This document shows positions 47,157 through 57,478 of a stretch of DNA of 64,000 bases, piece by piece. This DNA comes from Candidatus Adlerbacteria bacterium GW2011_GWA1_54_10 (GTDB lineage: Bacteria; Patescibacteriota; Minisyncoccia; Phycocordibacterales; SBAW01). Both the position numbers and the translations under genes were made by a program. The notes under the pieces are model-generated. The model searched no databases, was not told where the DNA came from, and was given only the letters and a program-made list of their open reading frames with translations. The stretch spans positions 27,060-91,059 of the forward strand of contig LCRO01000002.1 in the NCBI GenBank assembly GCA_001004665.1, given 5' to 3'. The number at the start of each line of letters is the position of its first letter. Position 1 is the stretch's first letter.

Positions 47157-48665
47157 CTAAGCGCTTGCCTCTTTTAACCGGCGCAGAACGAATTCCCTAT
47201 CGAGTACCGAGAGGAACCATCCGGCTTTTGGTCCGCTTTCTTTGCCGAGGAACGCAAGATATACCGCTTTGAACTCTTTTAACTCGTGCAGCTTCTGATG
47301 CAATTCCTCGCCGTTTTTCATCTCGGGCGAGGACTTGATAAAATCGGCAAACTGCGCGAGCGCGCGCTTTTGCTCCGGACTTAAATTTTTTGCCGCAGGA
47401 GGCAGAGTATCCTGCAGTTTGAACACAAACTTTTCCGGCGCGTACTCCGCTAGCCACTTTTTGGCGTACGCCGCGCGCTCTTCTAACTCTTTCTTTTCTT
47501 CCGCATTCAACGCACCTCCCTTTATTTTTTCCGCCTCTTCTCCCAAATCCATATGCGGCATCTGCACGATAAAAACTACCTGCGAGAAACGCATTAAAAA
47601 GTCGGGCAAGTCAGACCTGCCTAAAAATTCGAACAGGCGCGCGTAGTCGTCATTTGCGCCACTCCGGTAATTTTCCGCAAGTTTGTCGTAATGGTCGTAT
47701 AAAACTGGGACCGTATCACCCTCGGGATCAAAGTTGGTCTGTTGATTTATTTCTTTGCCGAGGAGCGCGAGGCGCAATATCTTCGGCGGTATAAGGTTTG
47801 CTATGTCCACCGCACTGCTACCCAGCCCCTTGCTCGCCGACATTTTGCGGCCTCCGACCAAAAAGAACTCGTACGGAATATTGAACGGCGGTTCGTAATT
47901 GAACACCTCGCGGGATATATGGTCGGCAACGTCGCGAGCGCCGCCTTTGGTTGAGTGGTCCTTGCCTGCGCCCTCCACGGCAACTCCAAGAACACTCCAT
48001 TTCGCCGGCCATTCGACCTTCCACGGGAGCTTTGCCTTGCCGCCGAAAGGCGAAGTTTTTCTCTCGTACCCGCATTTGCATGAGTACTCGACTTCCTTGC
48101 CGTCGAAGTTGCGCGCCTGCGTGGAAAAGACGCTTCCGCACTGCCCGCAAATGACCGAGAGAGGAAGCCAGTCTTCCCCCTTTTGCGATCCGGAAACCTC
48201 TTTATAAATGCGGCGGATATCATGTGCATGCTCGAGCGCCTCACGGATTGCGCCGTCCATTTTGCCGCTCAAATACAGCTCGCTTGAGTAATAGAATTCC
48301 GGATGCCATCCGGCATCCTCTATTACTTTCCGAAATTCGCCTGCAAAATATTCGGCGAAATTTTTTGCAGAGAAGTCGGGCGACGGTATATCACGCAAGG
48401 GTTTGCCGAAGTGAAGCTCGAACGTAGCGCGATCGAGATATGCCGGGATGTCGTCCATCGGGTCGAAGTCGTTGAATTCGTACAGGAATCGGTTCTCTAT
48501 GCCTTTCTGCGCCAGAGCCTCGGCCACCGTGCCGTGTATGGCCACGCCGCGCATAGAGCCTATGTGCACGCGGCCCGAAACCGTCTTCTCGTCGCGGATT
48601 ATCAAAGGCTTCCCGCGCCCATAGCGCTTTTCTATCTCCCCTGCCAGCCTATCCGCCCAAAACAT
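47157..48665 (-). CDS. lysS: Lysine--tRNA ligase, class I
   Basis: MFWAD, SGRVHIG, KLPWKVEWPAKW, EGAGKDH, KMSASKG. Confidence 0.94.
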   Translation of the reverse strand: MFWADRLAGEIEKRYGRGKPLIIRDEKTVSGRVHIGSMRGVAIHGTVAEALAQKGIENRFLYEFNDFDPMDDIPAYLDRATFELHFGKPLRDIPSPDFSAKNFAEYFAGEFRKVIEDAGWHPEFYYSSELYLSGKMDGAIREALEHAHDIRRIYKEVSGSQKGEDWLPLSVICGQCGSVFSTQARNFDGKEVEYSCKCGYERKTSPFGGKAKLPWKVEWPAKWSVLGVAVEGAGKDHSTKGGARDVADHISREVFNYEPPFNIPYEFFLVGGRKMSASKGLGSSAVDIANLIPPKILRLALLGKEINQQTNFDPEGDTVPVLYDHYDKLAENYRSGANDDYARLFEFLGRSDLPDFLMRFSQVVFIVQMPHMDLGEEAEKIKGGALNAEEKKELEERAAYAKKWLAEYAPEKFVFKLQDTLPPAAKNLSPEQKRALAQFADFIKSSPEMKNGEELHQKLHELKEFKAVYLAFLGKESGPKAGWFLSVLDREFVLRRLKEASA

Positions 48666-48694
48666 TGACCCATTGTACTTTATTTTTGTTGGTG

Positions 48695-49156
48695 TCACTC
48701 GACTTTGAGGATTTTGTATTTTTGCGTGCCGCGGGGAGTATGAAAGGAGAATTCGTCCCCCTTCTTTTTTCCGAGCAGGGCGGCACCGAGCGGCGAGTGA
48801 TAAGAGACTTTGCCGGCCAAAATGTCCGCCTCCTCGGCACCGACTATGGTGTATGTGTGCCGCTCTAGCCCCTGCAGGGGCTGGACTATAACCAAAGAGC
48901 CCATGCTCACAGTATCGCCCTTCCCAGCGCGGACTATCTTCGCGTTCTTTAAAATATTCTCGAGTTTGCCGATGCGCTCCTCGACCGCGGCCTGCATCTC
49001 GCGAGCCTCCTGATACTCCGCGTTCTCGGACAGGTCACCGAGTGAGCGAGCGTATTCAAGCTGTTGCGCCACCTCGCGGCGGCGTGTGGTGCGCAACTCA
49101 TTGAGCTCTTTTGTAAGCTCCTCGAATTTTTCCTGCGACATCAATTCTTCAGCCAT
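48695..49156 (-). CDS. greA: Transcription elongation factor GreA
   Basis: GDLSENAEY, SPLGAALLG. Confidence 0.96.
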   Translation of the reverse strand: MAEELMSQEKFEELTKELNELRTTRRREVAQQLEYARSLGDLSENAEYQEAREMQAAVEERIGKLENILKNAKIVRAGKGDTVSMGSLVIVQPLQGLERHTYTIVGAEEADILAGKVSYHSPLGAALLGKKKGDEFSFHTPRGTQKYKILKVE

Positions 49157-49252
49157 GTGAGAAACCAGTGTATCTAAGCATTCCTTCTTGTCAATGGGGA
49201 TAGTTAAACTACGCAGAGAATATGCGTACCCGTAGAAGGTTGTTTTGCGGAG

Positions 49253-50971
49253 CTAATTCAAATACTCCGGTTTGTTTTGGCGCAACCAGTTGAAGAAACC
49301 GCTCATCGCCGCCGACGCGCCGACGAGCGTCCCTGCGGGCGCGCGCTCCAGCACCACTGCATAAGCGAAGCGCGGATATTCAAACGGCCAGAATCCTATC
49401 ATCCACGAATTCATGTACTGGTTCGACGAGCCCACTTGTGCTGTGCCGGTCTTGGCGGCGACGTGCAGGTCGGCAAAATTGACCGCCGTCGCTATCCCCT
49501 CACGCACCGACATCCGCATCCCCTCGCGCGCGACCTCGAGTGAGTGCCCGCTCAAAGGCAAAGGAGTGCTCTCTCCCGTTGTGCTTGCCACCGCACCAAT
49601 AATATTGGCGTTGCGGCTTGCAAGCAGAGTCGGAACAACCAATTTGCCGCTCGCGAGCGCGGCGGCGGCCCTCGCGGCCTGCAGGGGAGTTATCTGCATG
49701 CCGTATTGCCCTATCGCCGTATGGTAAGTGTTGCCGATGCGCCACACCGGATCGTCGGGAAAGGTTTTCGCCTTCCACTGCGGCGTGGGTATGTTGCCTT
49801 GCGCCTGCGAAAACCCCTCAAGCCCGGCGTCCATCCCGAATCCGAACATCTGCAGGTACTTGTCTATGTTTGCGATGCCGACACCTTTCTGCGCGCCGTA
49901 CCCGCCTCCAACCTCATAAAAATACACGTCGGAGGAAACCGCGATCGCATGGCGCATGTCCACGTAGCCGTGCGCGCGCCAGTCGCGAAAGACAGATGGT
50001 GTTTCTGGATTGTAAGGATTGGGTATGGAGATCGAGCCAGTGCTTAAAATTTGCTTGTATTCGTCTATGACTCCCTCCTCGAGCGCCGCGGCGGCTATTA
50101 TTGGCTTCACGATAGAACCCGGCGCGTAAAGTCCGTCAGTTGCGCGGTTGAGGAATGGGCGGCGCGAGTCGGAGTTATAGACAGAGATTTTTTCCGAATC
50201 ACCTTCCGTAAGTGCCGCTGGCGAATATTCCGGGTAGCTTGTCATGGCAAGCAGTTCGCCGGTATGTACATCCATAATTACCCCGGCACCGCCGACAAAG
50301 CGCGACTCCTGCGTGCGCGCGGCTATGGCGTCATAGAGCACTTGCGTCACCTCGGCGTCGAGAGAGAGCACAACCTTCTCCCCCGCGCGCGGCTCCTGCC
50401 GCCGCGCCTGCGAGACAATCTCGCCGCGCGCGTCATACTCTGTAAGAACTCTGCCATTTACCCCGCCGAGCGCGCTGTCAAAGGCGCGCTCCGCGCCGTC
50501 TACGCCAAGGTAGGTGTCGCGGTAATAAAACCCGGCGGAGTCCCTGGCGGGCGGCTTTGCATAGCCGAGCGCGTGCGCGATGCCGCGATACGGGGCATAG
50601 ACGCGCCGTGCGAAGTCGTTTTCATTCGCGCCAGCCTGCACAACCGGACGCTCACTCCATACTAGAGAACGTCCAGTTCGATCTGATATTGCGCCGCGCT
50701 CTGCGATTATGGTCTGCTCTTCTAGCTTGTTCTCCTGCGCCTGCTTGGCGTAAAGTGCTCCTTTTATTATCTGTAGGTCGCCTGCGCGAACAAGGTAAGC
50801 TGCAAAAATTACCGCCAAAAAAATTCCGGCCGCCGCGAAAGACCGCAAGCGGAGCGGCTGCTCGATGCGCCCCTCGAACCGGTCGCGGTCGAAATCGGGA
50901 AGATTCTCGGAGTCAATGAGTATCTCGTCCGCCTCTATCTCCGACCGCTTTGTCCGCTTCCTCAACATCAC
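49253..50971 (-). CDS. mrdA: Penicillin-binding protein 2 (elongasome)
   Basis: YAPGSIVK, SSDVYFY, AIGQ, KTGTAQ; downstream of mreBCD. Confidence 0.9.
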   Translation of the reverse strand: MMLRKRTKRSEIEADEILIDSENLPDFDRDRFEGRIEQPLRLRSFAAAGIFLAVIFAAYLVRAGDLQIIKGALYAKQAQENKLEEQTIIAERGAISDRTGRSLVWSERPVVQAGANENDFARRVYAPYRGIAHALGYAKPPARDSAGFYYRDTYLGVDGAERAFDSALGGVNGRVLTEYDARGEIVSQARRQEPRAGEKVVLSLDAEVTQVLYDAIAARTQESRFVGGAGVIMDVHTGELLAMTSYPEYSPAALTEGDSEKISVYNSDSRRPFLNRATDGLYAPGSIVKPIIAAAALEEGVIDEYKQILSTGSISIPNPYNPETPSVFRDWRAHGYVDMRHAIAVSSDVYFYEVGGGYGAQKGVGIANIDKYLQMFGFGMDAGLEGFSQAQGNIPTPQWKAKTFPDDPVWRIGNTYHTAIGQYGMQITPLQAARAAAALASGKLVVPTLLASRNANIIGAVASTTGESTPLPLSGHSLEVAREGMRMSVREGIATAVNFADLHVAAKTGTAQVGSSNQYMNSWMIGFWPFEYPRFAYAVVLERAPAGTLVGASAAMSGFFNWLRQNKPEYLN

Positions 50972-51279
50972 AACTTTCGCGGCAGGCGGCGGTCAAAAAA
51001 GTATTTCCATGCCAGCGCGCGAGAGACCGCAAGAAGGAGCGTAAAAACAGCCAGAGGAAAATATAAAAACCGCAGTGCGTTCGTCGGCTCTCCCCACAAA
51101 ATGTCCACTGCAAGCGCAAAAAATAACGCGAATAAAAAATTTCCCGACAGCGTAGCAAAGGCTACGGCAGCTACCGCAAGCGGCCACCACGGTACGAGAA
51201 CAGCAAGAATCAACAAACAGCTTAAAATCAAAAACTGAAAATTTTTAGTTTTTTGTTTTATGTTTTGAGTTATTTCCAT
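50968..51279 (-). CDS. Small membrane protein in the MreD position
   Basis: Hydrophobic; lies between mreC and mrdA. Confidence 0.55.
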   Translation of the reverse strand: MEITQNIKQKTKNFQFLILSCLLILAVLVPWWPLAVAAVAFATLSGNFLFALFFALAVDILWGEPTNALRFLYFPLAVFTLLLAVSRALAWKYFFDRRLPRKL

Positions 51280-51949
51280 ACCTCGACATAGCGGAGCTCG
51301 AAAGGATTAATCGGCAAATGTGCATGGAGCCGCGCGGTTCCGTCCTCGTGCCTCTCGACGCGCGCTACGCGCGCGACTACGGAATCATCAATGCCGGGAA
51401 GCTTCAGATAGTCGCCCGCCGCGGCCATTGAACCGGCTGGCACCTCCGCAGTGAACGAGCCGCCGCCCTCTCCGGTGACGGAAACCGGAATTCCGGAAGC
51501 AGGAGAGGCTGACGGAATGAGCGTCAACTCGAGGGATCCTTCCGGCGCAGAAAAAAGCATAACGCGCGCATCCCTGCCGCCTGCCGCGGAAATTTTGCCG
51601 ATGAGCAGAGAGCCTCCGGCGTATACTAAATCGCCTTCGGCGATTCCATCCTTCACGCCCGCGTCTATAAGCAAAGTGTCATACGGGATGGCAGGCGGAC
51701 GCATAAGAACGGCGGCAAGCACCCGCCCCTCGCCGTTTCCGCTATTTTTGCCTCGAGCGACGCTACTTCGGCGCGCAGAAGAACCGCCTCGCTCGAACCC
51801 AGTGTATTGCGCAGAGCGAGCACCGGATAGACGACAAAATCAAGCGCGCCCTCGAGCGAGGTGCGCGTAAGCGATGCGGCCAAAAGCAGTAGAGCCACAA
51901 AAAGCGCCGCCGCCATGCGCAAAAAACGCTTATTCGAAATCGTCCTCAT
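51270..51949 (-). pseudogene. mreC: MreC interrupted by an apparent deletion and frameshift near 51740
   Basis: N-terminal TM and coiled coil in one frame; VLAAVLMRPP..YDTLLIDAG..GKI in another frame. Confidence 0.8.
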
Positions 51950-52985
51950 GGTCTATCAACATATCGCTGTGCAGGTCCAAATTTTCCAAAATTACGCCCG
52001 TGCCGCGCGCGACGGCAGTAAGCGGATCGTCGGCGACGATGACGGGCACCTTAAGCCATCCAGCGAGCAAGGTATCGAGCCCGTGGAGCATTGCGCCGCC
52101 ACCAACAAGAACGACGCCGCCGCGCATTATGTCCGAGAGTATTTCCGGAGGTGTGGTTTCCAAGACCTCCCGCACCGACTCGACCAGCGTGTCTATTGAT
52201 TGCGATATGGCTTCGCGAATGTCCCCGTCGGCTAGCACCACCTCGCGAGGAAGGCCGGTAATGAGGTCGCGCCCGCGCACGAGCGCCTCTTGCCTGCCTG
52301 CGCCCTCCGATACACTACCTATGGCCATTTTTACCGCCTCGGCCGTTTTTTCGCCCACAAGTATCTTAAACTCCGAGCGTATGTAGGAAATGATGTCCTG
52401 ATTGAGTTTGTCGCCCGCTATCCTTAAATTTTTCGAGCGCACAATGCCTCCTAGCGACAAAACCGCTATGTCGGTCGTGCCGCCGCCTATGTCAACAAGC
52501 ATCGAGCCGACAGCCTCTCGCAGAGGAAGCCGTATGCCAAGCGCGGCGGCAATCGGCTCTTCAACAATGTGCACCTCGCGCGCGCCGGCGTTGAGCGACG
52601 CATCGCGCACCGCGCGCATCTCGACGTTGGTTATTCCGGAAGGCACTCCGACAACGGCTCTCGGACCCAGTATTTTTTTGGATATACCTTGAGCGCGGTT
52701 TATGAGATATGCAAGCATCTCTTCCGTGGCTTCGAAGTCGGAAACAACCCCGTCCACAAGCGGCCGCACCGCGCTTAAGTGCCCCGGCGTCCGGCCAAGC
52801 ATTTGTTTGGCCTTTTCTCCCACGGCCACTACCTGGTTTGTCTTCTGGTTTACCGCCACTACCGACGGCTCGTTGACGACTATTCCCCTGCCGCGCAGGT
52901 AAACAAGTGTGTTTGCCGTACCCAAGTCTATGCCGATGTCGTTCGAGATAATCGGCAGTATCCTCTTTTGGAACCATCGCCTCAT
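51930..52985 (-). CDS. mreB: Rod shape-determining protein MreB (operon copy)
   Basis: IDLGTANT, EPSVVA, DIGGGTT, GGGA. Confidence 0.95.
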   Translation of the reverse strand: MRRWFQKRILPIISNDIGIDLGTANTLVYLRGRGIVVNEPSVVAVNQKTNQVVAVGEKAKQMLGRTPGHLSAVRPLVDGVVSDFEATEEMLAYLINRAQGISKKILGPRAVVGVPSGITNVEMRAVRDASLNAGAREVHIVEEPIAAALGIRLPLREAVGSMLVDIGGGTTDIAVLSLGGIVRSKNLRIAGDKLNQDIISYIRSEFKILVGEKTAEAVKMAIGSVSEGAGRQEALVRGRDLITGLPREVVLADGDIREAISQSIDTLVESVREVLETTPPEILSDIMRGGVVLVGGGAMLHGLDTLLAGWLKVPVIVADDPLTAVARGTGVILENLDLHSDMLIDHEDDFE

Positions 52986-54238
52986 AGGCGGGCCGTCAGC
53001 TGTCCGATAAGCTCGGGCAGGCTTTTATAGGCCGTGTGTCCGGTTGCGCGCTCAATGCACTCGAAGTTGCCCTCCGCAAGCGACTTCTGCGAGACAATGA
53101 TTCGCATAGGGATTCCTATGAGGTCGCTGTCCACGAACTTCTCCCCCGCGCGCAGGTCGCGATCGTCGTACAGCACCTCAACTCCGGCATCGGTCAGATT
53201 GCGATAGAGCTCGTCCGCCTCTTTTTTTATCTCTGCCTCTCCGCCGGACAGCTCGACGAGATGCACGCGGAAAGGCGCCACATCCTCGGGCCAAACAAGC
53301 CCTTTCCCGTCGGCAAATGTTTCTGCGACCGTTGCCATCAGGCGCGCCGGTCCGATGCCGTATGAACCCATAAAAACCGGAACATTATTTCCTTGTTCGT
53401 CCGTATAAGCAAGACCAAGCGGTTCGGAAAACCGATTTCCAAGCGTAAATATATTTCCAACCTCAATCGCTTTTTCTTCGATAAAATTTTCACCCAGATT
53501 CAATTTCTTTTTTACATCTTCGGTAAAGACTTCTTTGTTTATCGCTATGTTATTTTCTTTGCTTATGTAAATTGTATCTTCGCCTGACTTGCAAACGGTT
53601 TGAAATTCATGACTAAATTGACTGAAAGAACCCCCGGACGCAAAAGTTTTATAGGTCTTATTGCCAAGTCCCGCGCGTTCAAAAATCCGAACATACGCAT
53701 CGGAAACTCTGTCGTAACATGCGATATGTTCCGCTTCGTTCTTACAAAACGAGTACAGGTCTTTCATCAAGAACTCGCGCGTGCGCATTAGACCCGACTT
53801 GGCGCGAACTTCGTTGCGGAACTTGGTTTGGAATTGATACGCATACACGGGCAGATCGCGCCACGAAGTAATGTGCTCGCGCATAAGCGCGGTCAGCGGC
53901 TCCTCGTGCGTAAAACCCAACCCCAACTCCCCGCCGCTTTGAAGTCTGGTCTTAAACCAGCTATCGACTTTTTTTTCGTCCCACCTGTCGGTCTTTTGCC
54001 ACAACTCCGGACTTTGCAATGTTGATAGATTAAGTTCGATGCCTCCTATGGCATTCATCTCTTCGCGGATTATTTGTATCACTTTGTTCAGCGTGCGGAG
54101 CCCGAGCGGCAAGAAGTCGTACACGCCCGCCATCTCTTTGTGGATGTATCCGGCGCGTATCAAAAGTTGCGCGTTCCTCGAAACCTCGTCTTTGGGCGCC
54201 TCCCGCCGCGTTTTGGTAAAAAGCTGTGATTGCCGCAT
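52982..54238 (-). CDS. proS: Proline--tRNA ligase, short form without INS editing domain
   Basis: MRQSQLF, THEE, KFRNE.R, REFLMKD, IEVGNIF, MGSYGIG. Confidence 0.94.
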   Translation of the reverse strand: MRQSQLFTKTRREAPKDEVSRNAQLLIRAGYIHKEMAGVYDFLPLGLRTLNKVIQIIREEMNAIGGIELNLSTLQSPELWQKTDRWDEKKVDSWFKTRLQSGGELGLGFTHEEPLTALMREHITSWRDLPVYAYQFQTKFRNEVRAKSGLMRTREFLMKDLYSFCKNEAEHIACYDRVSDAYVRIFERAGLGNKTYKTFASGGSFSQFSHEFQTVCKSGEDTIYISKENNIAINKEVFTEDVKKKLNLGENFIEEKAIEVGNIFTLGNRFSEPLGLAYTDEQGNNVPVFMGSYGIGPARLMATVAETFADGKGLVWPEDVAPFRVHLVELSGGEAEIKKEADELYRNLTDAGVEVLYDDRDLRAGEKFVDSDLIGIPMRIIVSQKSLAEGNFECIERATGHTAYKSLPELIGQLTARL

Positions 54239-54330
54239 TAGAAGACATTGTACCGATAAAATCGGTAAATCTAAAGCATTCATTGACAAGTCGAAATAAA
54301 GGTGCCGATTTCAGAAATTTCAGTTCTCAA

Positions 54331-54360
54331 GCCGCGCGGCGCTCCCGCGTGGTTTTTTTT
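54331..54360. terminator. Hairpin downstream of rseP
   Basis: gccgcgcgg...ccgcgtggt with adjacent T run on the plus strand. Confidence 0.45.
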
Positions 54361-54371
54361 CTTTTTTATAT

Positions 54372-55472
54372 TTACCCGATCAGCCGTGCGATGTCGCTTG
54401 CAGTAACCGCAACCATGAGCGCGATAAGGAGGACAAATCCGAAAAGCGTAAGCGCGGTGACGAGTCGCTCGGGTATTGAGCGGCGAACCGCTCCTTCTAT
54501 CGCCAAAATAAGGAGACGTCCGCCGTCGAGCCCGGGTATCGGAAGAACATTTATGATGGCGAGATTAATGGATATGAGCGCTGTAATTATTATTGCGGTT
54601 CCGAACCCGCTTTGCACCGCCTGCGCTCCGGCGCCCGCGATGCCCACCGGTCCGGCGACGGCGGAAAAGTCGGCCGTTCCGCGCAGGAGCTCGCCCAAAA
54701 AACGCCCCAGACCGCGCGCGCTCTCGACGGTTATCCGCTCGGCCAATATCGCGCCCTGCGCGAAGGCAAGGTGTGGAGGCAACCGCAGTATTCCATAATC
54801 GCCAAGCTCCACCCCAAGCGCCTTGCGACCTTCTATCATTCCCTCCTCCGGTTTTGCAAGAAATGTTTTTTGCTCAAAGCCTCCTTCGGTGGCCGAGGGG
54901 CGCAGGACGGCAACGATCATACTTTCATCCGCATGCGCGGCAATGAATGCGCGCGCACTTTCCGCATTGCCTTTCGAAAACTCTGTCGAACCCGTCTTTA
55001 TGGCAGAAACAACATCGCCCGGCAAAAGCCCCGCGCGCTCGGCCGGGGAGTCCGGCAAAACGCCCGCCACGGTAGTTCGTACGTCACTCACTTCGCCGAA
55101 TCCAGCATGTTCCTTGGGCGTGGGAAGCCCGGTCATGTAGCCAGCAGAGAGTAACAGCCACGCAAAGACAAGATTAAAAGCAACGCCCGCCGCAAGAACC
55201 GCGGCCTGTACCCACCTTGAGCGGCTATTTAAACTCCGCGAGTCGCCGCGACCCTCACCAGGGTCCTCGCCGAAAATCTTTACGTACCCTCCGACCAACA
55301 AAAGTCCCAGTGAATACTGCGTTCCTCCCCGCCGGACGCGGAAAATGCGCGGCGGAAAGCCGATGGAAAATTCCTCAACGCGCACTTTAAATAATTTCGC
55401 GACGGAAAAATGCCCGAGTTCGTGCACCCAGATCAAAACAACTAAAATGATTAAAAATATAGCCAGGCTCAT
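54372..55472 (-). CDS. rseP: RIP metalloprotease RseP (M50, PDZ)
   Basis: HELGH, GGYV, NVLPIPGLDGG. Confidence 0.93.
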   Translation of the reverse strand: MSLAIFLIILVVLIWVHELGHFSVAKLFKVRVEEFSIGFPPRIFRVRRGGTQYSLGLLLVGGYVKIFGEDPGEGRGDSRSLNSRSRWVQAAVLAAGVAFNLVFAWLLLSAGYMTGLPTPKEHAGFGEVSDVRTTVAGVLPDSPAERAGLLPGDVVSAIKTGSTEFSKGNAESARAFIAAHADESMIVAVLRPSATEGGFEQKTFLAKPEEGMIEGRKALGVELGDYGILRLPPHLAFAQGAILAERITVESARGLGRFLGELLRGTADFSAVAGPVGIAGAGAQAVQSGFGTAIIITALISINLAIINVLPIPGLDGGRLLILAIEGAVRRSIPERLVTALTLFGFVLLIALMVAVTASDIARLIG

Positions 55473-56017
55473 GCGCTTATTTCTTTTTCCTTGCGCTCGA
55501 GCATTCCGTCAAACTGCTGGTTCGCCGCCTTGACCCGCTTTTCCATCTCGTCTTTAAAGCGGAACTTGTCGTCCTCGGGAATTACCCCGTCCTTCTCTTT
55601 TTTTTGGATATCGCTCCAGACCTCGTCCCGCGCCGAGCGAAGCGAAGTGCGCGCCTCCTCCAACCTTTCTCTGGCAAGTTTTATCAAACCCGCGCGGCGC
55701 TCGGAGGTAAGTTCCGGGAAAGATATTCTGACGCCCCTCTCGTCCATGCCGACCGAAAGCCCCAGATTCGCAAGAGTCACGGCCTTCTCTATATCCTTGC
55801 CGAGAGATGAATCCCACGGCGTTATGCGCAAGGTGCGCGCGTCCTCGACTACAATACTTGCTACCTGCGGTATAGGCACGCGGGTGCCGTAGCTCTCGAC
55901 AAGCACGCCGTCGAGTATAGCGGGGGCCGCATGCGAGGTGCGCACACCAGAGAGATCTTTTTGCAACCTCTCTCCTGTCGTCTTTATCTTCTGCTCGAGT
56001 TGTTTAAAATCGTACAT
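55469..56017 (-). CDS. frr: Ribosome recycling factor
   Basis: RT.HA.PAILD, PWD, PELTSERR; start 56017 or 56023. Confidence 0.95.
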   Translation of the reverse strand: MYDFKQLEQKIKTTGERLQKDLSGVRTSHAAPAILDGVLVESYGTRVPIPQVASIVVEDARTLRITPWDSSLGKDIEKAVTLANLGLSVGMDERGVRISFPELTSERRAGLIKLARERLEEARTSLRSARDEVWSDIQKKEKDGVIPEDDKFRFKDEMEKRVKAANQQFDGMLERKEKEISA

Positions 56018-56044
56018 CGCCATATTGTAGCAAAAAGCACAGTA

Positions 56045-56707
56045 CTACACCCGGAACTTTTTTGCCGCGAGCGGATAAATTTTAACTAGCGGATCGAGGT
56101 TCGTGTCGTATCTGCGCGCCGGCGCCAAATAGCGACCGTAATATATGACGCGATGGGCGAACCCGCGCCACTCTTTCTTTGGCAAAAGGAGCATCAGATC
56201 TTTTTCTATGCGCGGTGCGGCTTTGTGGTCGGATAAATCATATCGCTTTGTGAAGCGAATTACGTGCGTGTCGACGGTTATCCCAGCGACCACTCCGTAT
56301 CCCTCGGCAAGGACGACGTTCGCGCTCTTGCGCGCGATTCCCGGCAGTCGCAGTAGCTCCTCCATGGTCCGCGGCACCATGCCGTGGAACTCCTCTTTGA
56401 TCATTCTCGCCGCGGCTAAAATATTTTTTGCTTTGTTGCGATAAAAACCTGTCTGCTTTATATCACGCTCAAACTCACGGATATTCGCGCGCGCATAGTC
56501 GCCCGGCGCCTTGTATTTTTTAAAAAGTTTTTCCGTAACTTTGTTCACCACCCTGTCCGTACATTGCGCGGAAAGCCGCACCGCAATCAAAAGCTGGAGA
56601 GGGTTTTTGAATTTAAGCTCTATCCCCGCACCCGGAAACAGCTTTTTGAGGGCACTATCAAGCTTCTGTATTCGTTCTCTTCTCTCTTTTAATTTTTTAG
56701 GATTCAT
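56045..56707 (-). CDS. nth: Endonuclease III-like HhH glycosylase without the C-terminal Cys cluster
   Basis: LSAQCTD, GFYRNKA, LPGIARKSANV, VDTHV. Confidence 0.9.
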   Translation of the reverse strand: MNPKKLKERRERIQKLDSALKKLFPGAGIELKFKNPLQLLIAVRLSAQCTDRVVNKVTEKLFKKYKAPGDYARANIREFERDIKQTGFYRNKAKNILAAARMIKEEFHGMVPRTMEELLRLPGIARKSANVVLAEGYGVVAGITVDTHVIRFTKRYDLSDHKAAPRIEKDLMLLLPKKEWRGFAHRVIYYGRYLAPARRYDTNLDPLVKIYPLAAKKFRV

Positions 56708-56746
56708 ACAGAAGTTAAATCTCAAATGTGATTTGTGGTTTGGAGC

Positions 56747-57475
56747 TTACATCCGCAGTAAGCTTACTGCGAGGTGTTCAAGGAGCATTTTGAGCGAAGG
56801 CGAGCGGTCGCGCATATAGTCGCGCACTTTTGCGATGTCCTCCAAGTCCTCGCGCGCCTCACTAGTCCTAAATTTTGAAAATCGGTAATAAAGTTCCAAC
56901 TCGAGCGCGTTTATAAATTCCCGCGCCCTGTCTTTTGTCCCTTCTCCTGCCTCGACTCGCCCGTCTAGGCGAGGAGGGTCGTCTTTAATCAATTTTACTA
57001 CAAATTCGCTCCGTTCTTTTTTATTTGATTTTAAAAATTTATCGATTGTTTGTTGAAACTCAAGGCGGTGCCTTGCCTGCCCGTCGAAGCCTTGGCGAAG
57101 TCGGGGGAGGCCCTGGTTTAAGGCGTTGCCTTTGGCTGGATATTCAAGCATTCTAGATCTAAGTGTGGACAGCAAAATCCCGTGCGGAACGAGCAGAATA
57201 AAGGTCGTCCCGTATTGTGGCTCCTCAATGAGCTTGAGCAATGCTTGCTGTGCTTCTGTGGTAAATGAGGAAATTCCAACAAAAAATATGGTATCGCTAT
57301 AATTCTTTAATGTAGCCAGTGCGGCAAGCTCGCGCGCGTCGTCAACACCGAAGCGCTCGAATTTCCGCGCCCAAAAAGTCTCACCTGCAGGGCTACGACC
57401 GAGGGGCTTAATTCCTTTTTTATACTCTTCAAAAAGCGAAAGCGAGCCTTCTATGTAATATGCGTGATGTTCCAT
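56747..57475 (-). CDS. Truncated DNA polymerase III delta-prime-like protein
   Basis: HHAY, AQQALLKLIEEP, LLSTLRSR. Confidence 0.8.
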   Translation of the reverse strand: MEHHAYYIEGSLSLFEEYKKGIKPLGRSPAGETFWARKFERFGVDDARELAALATLKNYSDTIFFVGISSFTTEAQQALLKLIEEPQYGTTFILLVPHGILLSTLRSRMLEYPAKGNALNQGLPRLRQGFDGQARHRLEFQQTIDKFLKSNKKERSEFVVKLIKDDPPRLDGRVEAGEGTKDRAREFINALELELYYRFSKFRTSEAREDLEDIAKVRDYMRDRSPSLKMLLEHLAVSLLRM

Positions 57476-57478
57476 ACA

